Of a stretch of DNA of 59,010 nucleotides, positions 52,640-59,010 are shown in pieces. Both the position numbers and the translations under genes were made by a program. Positions within the stretch are counted from its first letter, which is position 1, and the number at the start of each line of letters is the position of its first letter. Below the pieces are notes generated by a model. The model worked only from the letters and a program-made list of their open reading frames with translations. It did no database searches and was not told the origin of the DNA. Source of the DNA: an uncultured Thermodesulfobacteriaceae bacterium (lineage in GTDB: Bacteria; Desulfobacterota; Dissulfuribacteria; Dissulfuribacterales; UBA3076); NCBI GenBank assembly GCA_964646435.1, contig CAZYEJ010000003.1:20210-79219 (forward strand). Direction: 5' to 3'.

Positions 52640-53034
52640 CCTGAGACCTCCTATTAAACTTATGTAATCTAATGTAGTCTTCTTGATTGCGTTTTCCAAG
52701 GCCTATTTTTTTGGACTAGCCTGACGTACGGACCTGGGTTATCGTAATTACCGAATTTGTCGTCTTTTTGATCTGACCGGCCGGTATGTCAGTGAGCTTA
52801 GCGGCCCAATCCGGTGTGCAGTCCTTGACGCAATCCTTTGATGTGGCCGCGCGTTGGAACGTAATGGAAAAGACGGCGAGGAGAGATATCTCGGCCTTGA
52901 TGTAAAACATCCCTCCTTCCTTTGCTGAGCAAAAACCACAAAGGGCAAAGGGCAACAACCACAACCCTGCCTCCTGGATTTTGGCCTCTTCTATTAAGTG
53001 AACTGAAAAGCGAAACCCAAACCTTGAGATTCAC

Positions 53035-53126
53035 TTCCTAATCAAAATTCTCGACTTGACGCCGGTTTTGGGATACACATTAAACCAATAAATTCAACGA
53101 TGGGGGTGGATTCCAGGGGAAAGGCC
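53035..53126 (+). repeat. 90-bp direct repeat, copy 2
   Basis: ttcctaatcaaaattctcgacttgacgccggttttgggatacacattaaaccaataaattcaacgatggggg... Abuts the truncation point of the restriction-enzyme fragment. Confidence 0.85.
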
Positions 53127-53133
53127 TTTAAGT

Positions 53134-53310
53134 TCATTCAGAAACAGCGCGTTTTTTGCCAGGTTCATCGTAGAGCGTAAAAGAACCAGACCCCGGAGGC
53201 CATTCGACCGACTTGATTGCCTGGACGATGTGTCCCTCGATCTCTCTCCATTCATGAGAGTGGGAGAATGCCCCGGCATCGATTATTGGCTCTATTCGGA
53301 CGATTTTCAT
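53134..53310 (-). pseudogene. N-terminal fragment (58 aa) of a BglII/BamHI-like type II restriction endonuclease
   Basis: MKIVRIEPIIDAGAFSHSHEWREIEGHIVQAIKSVEWPPGSGSFTLYDEPGKKR resembles the BglII N-terminus (..LWKEIEETLLKMPLHVKA...GSLIFDPVG, recalled from memory). The ATG lies 1 nt after the C-gene stop. Confidence 0.4.
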
Positions 53311-53311
53311 G

Positions 53312-53605
53312 CTAAACTGAGTTAATCTTATGCCTGTTTTTGGAATGATAGGTGGCAAGAGACTGAACTCGCTCAATCATCTCGGACGGCTCCACCTTTA
53401 ACGCCTTGGCTAATTCAAAGATGGTACGAAGAGACGGGCTTTTCTGTCCCCGTTCAAGCAGACTTATGTATGTGCGGTGATACCCGCTGGCAAACCCAAG
53501 TTCTTCTTGAGAAAGTTCTCAGTCTCGGCGAAGTTGCTGGAGAACCTGGCCAAACGACTTGGTAATAGGCCTGTCTTCCGAGCCTTTTGAAGTGTTTTTC
53601 TTCAT
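53312..53605 (-). pseudogene. XRE-family HTH, controller (C) protein-like, with in-frame TGA
   Basis: Manual translation: MKKNTSKGSEDRPITKSFGQVLQQLRRD-stop(53521-53519)-ELSQEELGFASGYHRTYISLLERGQKSPSLRTIFELAKALKVEPSEMIERV... Missed by the ORF track because of the stop. Confidence 0.6.
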
Positions 53606-53630
53606 CGAACATCGATTTGTGTTCGAATGC

Positions 53631-53655
53631 AGACTATAAATCTACAGACTATAGT
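53631..53655. promoter_or_regulatory. C-box-like operator
   Basis: AGACTATAaatctacAGACTATAGT lies 26-50 nt upstream of the C-gene ATG. It contains GACT..AGTC-type half sites. Confidence 0.35.
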
Positions 53656-53679
53656 ATGAAGTCCCAGTTCGAATATTTT

Positions 53680-53754
53680 CTGCGAAAGCTTCTGATTATC
53701 CTCAACGCTATGGTCAGGGACAGCGCTGCCTGGAATTCTGAGCCTTCTGGATAG
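53680..53754 (+). pseudogene. 3' remnant of an IS110-family transposase gene
   Basis: LRKLLIILNAMVRDSAAWNSEPSG-stop matches the characteristic C-terminal RKLL.ILNAM.R....W tail. Nothing upstream is recognisable. Confidence 0.5.
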
Positions 53755-53798
53755 GCTTGACATTCAAAACACAGTTGCTGTCCCTTTTTTTCTCTTCG

Positions 53799-53885
53799 CT
53801 AACTGAGACAGGCCGTCAACTGGGTATATCACCCTCTGCAGTTGCCAAATCCTTTAGCCGGCGTGATAGACAAAAGTCCACTTAG
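53799..53885 (+). pseudogene. HTH fragment (DnaA-C-like / transposase-associated)
   Basis: LTETGRQLGISPSAVAKSFSRRDRQKST-stop. It is the kind of segment that would follow the fragment at 51251-51442. Confidence 0.35.
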
Positions 53886-54044
53886 TCCAGAACGTCCCCC
53901 AATTTCTGTCCCTCATCCACCCGCGGTTTGGTGGTTTGCTGTTGACCGGGGGACTTGTTTTGGATTAAGAATAAACTAAGATTTTCAATTTTAAACATAA
54001 CGTAACTCGATACTTAAATTGCATCGATTCAATTTGGTTAGTCC

Positions 54045-55070
54045 ATGGCCCGAGCAGATCTAATAAAGAGATTATTTCGTTGTCAAAAGGCAAATGATCC
54101 TTCTGGCTTCATGGATGCTGCGCAGGCCATTATCGAAGAAGAACGTAAAAAAAACCATGGTATTCTGGCGGAAGAACTTAACCGGATCTTAAATAATAGT
54201 TTCGCAAAACAAACACCTTCTAGGTTGGCCCATTACCAGCCCCCTCCTCGGGATCCCGATAGAAGAACCCCTCTCATAGAAATAAAACGTCCAGACCGAT
54301 ACTTACGGGACCTCGTTCTCACCGACAAACAGGTTTCAGCCATAAAAACTACTATTCAGGAGTTTAGGGAATGGGACGTTTTACAGGCAAACGGATTAAC
54401 CCCAAATCATAAATTACTGTTTTGTGGACCTCCTGGCTGCGGCAAAACGGTCACTGCTGAGGCAATCGCAGGAGATCTTGGTCTGCCTCTTTTGTATGTC
54501 CGATTTGATTCGGTTGTTTCTTCTCTGCTTGGAGAGACATCGGCTAATATCCGTAAGGTTTTTGATTATGCCTCAAATGGGACTTGGGTATTATTTTTCG
54601 ATGAATTTGATGCCATCGGTCGTTCCAGGGATGATATCTCTGAACATGGCGAAATCAGAAGGGTTGTCAACTCTTTTCTCCAACTATTGGACAACTTCAC
54701 GGGTAAATCTTTGATCATCGCGGCTACAAACTTTGAACGATCACTTGATTACGCCTTGTGGCGACGTTTTGATGAAGTCCTTCGCTTTGAAAAACCTGAC
54801 CTCGAACAAATTACTGATTTGATGCATCGGCATTTATCACGTTTGGGGGTTTCGAAAAAACTGTTGGTCCAGAAAGCAAAGGAATTGTTGAATATGTCCC
54901 ATGGAGAAGTGGAACGGGTATGTCTCAATGTTCTCAAAACTTGCGTCATGGAAGGTAGGAATACTTGCCAAGAAAAGGATATTGAGCGGGCGATTCAACG
55001 CCAAAAGCGCCGGCAAGAAATATTGAATCGTGTCTCTGAGGACGTGCATCCCAAAGTGGATATCGAATAA
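54045..55070 (+). CDS. ietA: AAA+ ATPase (classic AAA/CDC48-type core), IetA-like
   Basis: Walker A GPPGCGKT, Walker B VLFFDEFD, sensor/Arg-finger region IIAATNFERSLDYALWRRF. 341 aa. The stop is 3 nt from the start of the S8 peptidase gene. Confidence 0.85.
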   Translation: MARADLIKRLFRCQKANDPSGFMDAAQAIIEEERKKNHGILAEELNRILNNSFAKQTPSRLAHYQPPPRDPDRRTPLIEIKRPDRYLRDLVLTDKQVSAIKTTIQEFREWDVLQANGLTPNHKLLFCGPPGCGKTVTAEAIAGDLGLPLLYVRFDSVVSSLLGETSANIRKVFDYASNGTWVLFFDEFDAIGRSRDDISEHGEIRRVVNSFLQLLDNFTGKSLIIAATNFERSLDYALWRRFDEVLRFEKPDLEQITDLMHRHLSRLGVSKKLLVQKAKELLNMSHGEVERVCLNVLKTCVMEGRNTCQEKDIERAIQRQKRRQEILNRVSEDVHPKVDIE

Positions 55071-55073
55071 AAG

Positions 55074-57586
55074 ATGGCTAATCAGGAACGACTTCCTCAT
55101 ATACCATTTCAAAGGGAAGAGGTTGAAAGACCTTTGCGCGGACGTGCATTCCCGGGCGCCCCACGGGTTCGCCCAAGAGATGACCGGCTTGCTCACGGAG
55201 ATAAAATCAGTGGAGAGATGGATCAAACTGTCCGGGATATCGCGCAAACGCGTGACCAACTGGGAATTACACCGGATCGGTTGAGGGTGCTTGAGTTTGA
55301 GGTTTTAGATGTCAACCAGCGGGAGTTGTTGATCAGAAGCTTTAAAATTGCAGTTGTCGAAGAATTACAAGACACGGTTGATGGTGCTGACCGCTACCGC
55401 TTACTTATCCAGTTTCTTACCAGTGAATCCCTGAACGCTTTTGAGAAGGAGCTTCAACTATATCGGGCGGAGAGCCGAGAAAAAGCACTGCTGACCTATG
55501 CCCAGAGGAGGGACCTCTTTGATGCCCTGAACCGAGTTGCGCGACTTGGCCCGGAGGACCGAAAGGGACCCAGGCTTAAACGAAAAGGCACTCCGGCAAG
55601 AGATCGATTCTATGTAGATTTGGATCTCTGGTATGATGGTACGGCGGAAGGTTATCGAGAGACTGAGCAGATGATCCGGTCCGTACTCACCAAGACCCAT
55701 GGGCATCTTGTAGGTGATTTATTCTGCATTCCCAGTCTGCTTCTCGGCAAGGCTGAAATAAACGCTCAAATACTTGAACAGTTGCTCCAGCTTGATTTTG
55801 TGGCGACAATTGACCTTCCGGTCGAACCTCTGCCAGAAGAGGCGTTCGATCTTTTCGATCCTCCTCCGGATATAGAACCTACCTTAGAAGGTGAAGATGT
55901 CCCCATGGCTTGCATAGTGGATTCCGGCGTTTTTTCAGGACATCCTCTCTTGCGTAAGGGTATGGTCTTAGAGGAAAATGATTTTGGGGCAGTAGAGGAA
56001 AGTGAGGGTGATTTAAACGGACACGGGACTGGGATCGCGGGTATTGTGGTTTACGGCGATGTGGCACAGGCCATGGCAGGACATGATTGGATACCGAAAG
56101 TCCGTATTTGTAGCGCAAAGGTGTTGAGAAATGATCCGGTTTGGAATACCCCGGTTTTTCCTGAAGAGGTTCGGCCCGAATCAATATTAGAAGAAGCGAT
56201 AAGATATTTTTATGAGGAACGGGGATGCCGCGTGTTCAATCTATCCATTGGTGACAGTGATCAAGTCTATGCCGGCGGGAGGCAATTTCCATGGGCTGAG
56301 ATGCTGGATAATCTGTCACGCGAATTGGACATCATTATCGTGGTAAGCGCAGGGAATGTCTGCGATCCTGAAATCCCTAATGGAAATTCAAGGGAAGAAA
56401 TACGAGAGTCAGCGCGGAATCAGTTGTTAAATCCAGAGCATCGCCTTATAGCCCCCGGAACTGCTGCTGTTTGCTTGTCAGTGGGATCAGTCGCAAGGAG
56501 AGAGGACCCATACAATAGTGGCGGTAATGCAATGCCCCGCTTAGCCGTTTCTCCGAGAAAAGCTCCATCGGTATTTACCAGAACAGGCTTTGGTGTAGCC
56601 AAGGCCATAAAGCCTGATTTTGTTTCCTATGGTGGGAATTATGCGCTTCAACAGATTCCAGGTGGCGATAAAGTGTGGGTACCCAAGGACCCAAATCTTG
56701 GGGAACCGACACTGCGAAATTCTCTCCAAGATGGCCGATGGTTCAGGGCCTTCTCGGTACCAGCTTGGCAGCGCCCCATGTAACACATATAGCAGCCCTA
56801 ATTGAACATGCTCTAAAACATCAGTTGGAGGATAATCCTTCAGCGAATCTGATCAGGGCTATGATGGCTAACTCGGCAAGTGTGCCTGAAAATATTAGGG
56901 AGTGGCTTCGGAATTCACAAGATATTCACGATAACCGCGAAATGCCTCGCAAAGGAGAATATTTACTCCGGTTAGTGGGTTTTGGGGAACCTCAGGATGA
57001 CATTTGCTGGTCCCATCGGAACCGCGTCACTTTATTTGCAGAAGATGTTCTTCCCCTAAGATCATTTCACATCTATTCTATCCGTATCCCGCCAGACTTT
57101 CTCCAAAGCTCCGGACATAAGAAAATTGCCATCAGTCTGGCCTATGATCCTCCGATTCGGTTAAGCAGAAAAGATTATATTGCAACGAGGATGTTTTTTG
57201 AGGTGTACAGAGGACTGACATCAGAGCAGGTGGAGAATTTCCGGCGGGCAAAAGAGAGAGGGGAAGATTTGGATTTGCCATCAGTCCCATCGAGTGCGAA
57301 GACCAATTTTACTCCAGGCTATCAGGTCCTTCAAACGTCAACGGTTCAACTTAGGACATGGCAAAAAGGGCCGAGAGGCGGTAAAGATCTTTTCAAGGTG
57401 CCTGATAATATGGATGAGCCAAACCTCACTATTCTGGTGACGGCAAAAGAGCAATTTCCTCATCCGGAGGGACTAGACACTCAGTCATACGCGCTTGTTG
57501 TGACATTTTCGTTTGATGGTGAAGATATCGGCCTTTATAATCTTGTCCGCCAGAGGGTGAGGATTAGAGAAAGGGTTAGAGTTTAG
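55074..57586 (+). pseudogene. ietS: S8 (subtilisin-family) serine peptidase, IetS-like, interrupted by a -1-type frameshift between 56675 and 56783
   Basis: Asp ACIVDSGV, His GHGTGIAG and Asn VVSAGN lie in ORF 55074-56783. The catalytic Ser GTSLAAPHV lies only in the overlapping ORF 56675-57586 (frame shifted by -1). Confidence 0.8.
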
Positions 57587-57834
57587 AATAGGTTGTCAGC
57601 GGAAATCTGGCATCTCAAATGTGGTGATAATTTTAGGGTAATGTGCATTTATTTAGCTTGAGAGTGAGGATGGTGGACGAGAGAACGTTCGTCTGCGAAC
57701 AATTTGATTTACTTTTTTCAGAGCTAACGCCTCCATTCACATGGTCCCTGCTTGCGATACGACGGACTGAGGAGTTGCGTGAGGGACTTGATAAAAAAGA
57801 ATAGAACTACTCTTTTGGAAGGAGAGATGTCGCC

Positions 57835-58974
57835 ATGAATAAGAAAACATGGATCGGTGTTGCAGCCGTGGTTGTCGTTGTGGCGATCATTGCGGTTATT
57901 TGGACAAGCAAGTCTCCAGACAAGAGTGTGATTACGATAGGTGCCACATTGCCCCTCAGTGGCGACGCCGCAGTCTGGGGCAAGAACACCCAGGAGGGCA
58001 TCGATCTTGCCGTCGAAGAGATTAACGCATCGGGTGGAGTTCTGGGTCGCAAACTTGTTGTCGTCTACGAGGACACAAAAGGTTTAGCCAAAGAGGGGGT
58101 GACAGCCTATCGCAAATTGACCACCGTAGACAAAGTCAACGTAATCATCGATGACAGCGTGAGCGGTGTGACACTTGCCATGGCACCCATTGCTCAGAAG
58201 GACCATGTTGTTGTTGTGGCAACTGGAGCAACTGCTCCCAAGATTTCCGAAGCTGGTGCATACATCTTCCGTGTTTGGAATTCCGATGCCCACGAAGGCG
58301 AAGTATCTGCTGACTATGCCTTTGACACGCTCGGTTTTCGTTCAGTTGCCATCCTGTACATAAACAACGAATACGGAAAAGGCCTCGAGCAGGTATTCAG
58401 ATCGCGCTTGGTGGAGCGTGGAGGTAACATCCCTACTTCGGAGAGTTTTGCGCAGAGCGCTACGAATATAAGGACACAATTGACAAAGATTCAGGCCAGC
58501 AAACCCGACGGCCTCTATGTGGTTGGTTATCCCAAGGAGATTCCAATAGCTCTCAAACAAGCCAAGGAACTGGGGTTGAACTTGCCGCTGATAGGAACTG
58601 TGGCCATGCAAGATCCTCAACTAATTCAAACTGCTGGAGATGCTGCCGAAGGCTTGATGTTCCCTTACCCAAAAGACCCCGGTGGGCAGTACGTCACACT
58701 ATTCAAAGAGGCTTTCCAGAAGAAATATGGGAAAGAACCGGGCATTACAGCTGACGTAGGTTATGACGCTGCAAAGATGATTGCGAAGGCTATGGAGTTG
58801 TCAGGTGGGCCCGCTGGCGAAAACATTCAAAAAGGCCTCACCATGCTGAAGGACTATCCGGGCGTTTCTGGAACGATGACGTTCGACGAGAACGGCGATG
58901 TACATAAGCCCATGGGAATTAAGATTGTGATGAAAGGCCTTTTTCGTTGGCATGAATCAGTAATTTCCGGTTAG
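57835..58974 (+). CDS. ABC transporter periplasmic substrate-binding protein (LivK/branched-chain amino-acid type)
   Basis: Signal anchor WIGVAAVVVVVAIIAVIW, then IGATLPLSGDAAVWGK. 379 aa. GGAAGGAG RBS. Confidence 0.85.
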   Translation: MNKKTWIGVAAVVVVVAIIAVIWTSKSPDKSVITIGATLPLSGDAAVWGKNTQEGIDLAVEEINASGGVLGRKLVVVYEDTKGLAKEGVTAYRKLTTVDKVNVIIDDSVSGVTLAMAPIAQKDHVVVVATGATAPKISEAGAYIFRVWNSDAHEGEVSADYAFDTLGFRSVAILYINNEYGKGLEQVFRSRLVERGGNIPTSESFAQSATNIRTQLTKIQASKPDGLYVVGYPKEIPIALKQAKELGLNLPLIGTVAMQDPQLIQTAGDAAEGLMFPYPKDPGGQYVTLFKEAFQKKYGKEPGITADVGYDAAKMIAKAMELSGGPAGENIQKGLTMLKDYPGVSGTMTFDENGDVHKPMGIKIVMKGLFRWHESVISG

Positions 58975-59010
58975 GTTCTTGCATGTAACCGTTTTCTTTT
59001 TCTTCGTTTT

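Noticed and set aside
51443-53126. Integron attC sites or cassette array as an explanation of the 90-bp repeats
   Set aside because: An RYYYAAC-like ATTCAAC is present, but no matching GTTRRRY lies at a suitable distance downstream in either copy. There is no imperfect internal dyad typical of attC and no integrase nearby.
53625-53680. tRNA fragment or integration site (gttcgaat words, anticodon-arm-like gcagactataaatctac)
   Set aside because: No acceptor stem and no complementary T-stem. The stem has mismatches, and an ATA anticodon is implausible. The sequence is better explained as the C-box operator of the adjacent controller gene.

Overview
59-kb chromosomal window with housekeeping content typical of a Desulfobacterota-like genome (organism inferred from protein flavour only; GC not computed). 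Left to right: (1) the 5' part of a secreted surface-protein gene made of near-identical 357-bp tandem repeats, which the ORF track misses because it runs off the window edge; (2) a minus-strand polysaccharide locus with a CDP-hexose branch (rfbF, rfbG, C-methyltransferase, epimerase/reductase, flavoprotein) and a PEP-CTERM-type export set (Wza-like exporter, OM beta-barrel, chain-length determinant, tyrosine kinase, ExeA-like ATPase); (3) a long housekeeping stretch: HNH, Tpt1-like, M48 protease, lspA, CIRCE-groESL, comM, serS, dnaN-gyrB, rimO, panDC, thiC-thiDN, fumarase, map, argS, SPOR, GNAT, secA, argJ, PfpI, PIF1-like helicase; (4) a decayed accessory island at about 49.9-57.8 kb. The island holds a ParB-DNA methyltransferase with two frameshifts, transposase and HTH fragments, an intact vapBC pair bracketed by 90-bp direct repeats, the remnant of a controller-protein/BglII-BamHI-like restriction operon, an IS110 remnant, and a tightly coupled AAA+ ATPase / S8 subtilase pair with the ietAS anti-phage architecture. 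The subtilase is frameshifted just upstream of its catalytic Ser. Many of the larger intergenic gaps are occupied by two repeat systems: a 154-157-bp MITE-like element with 10-bp target-site duplications and a covarying internal stem (3 full and 2 half copies), and a family of long hairpins whose arms are stuttered 7-8-mers. No rRNA, tRNA or CRISPR array was found.
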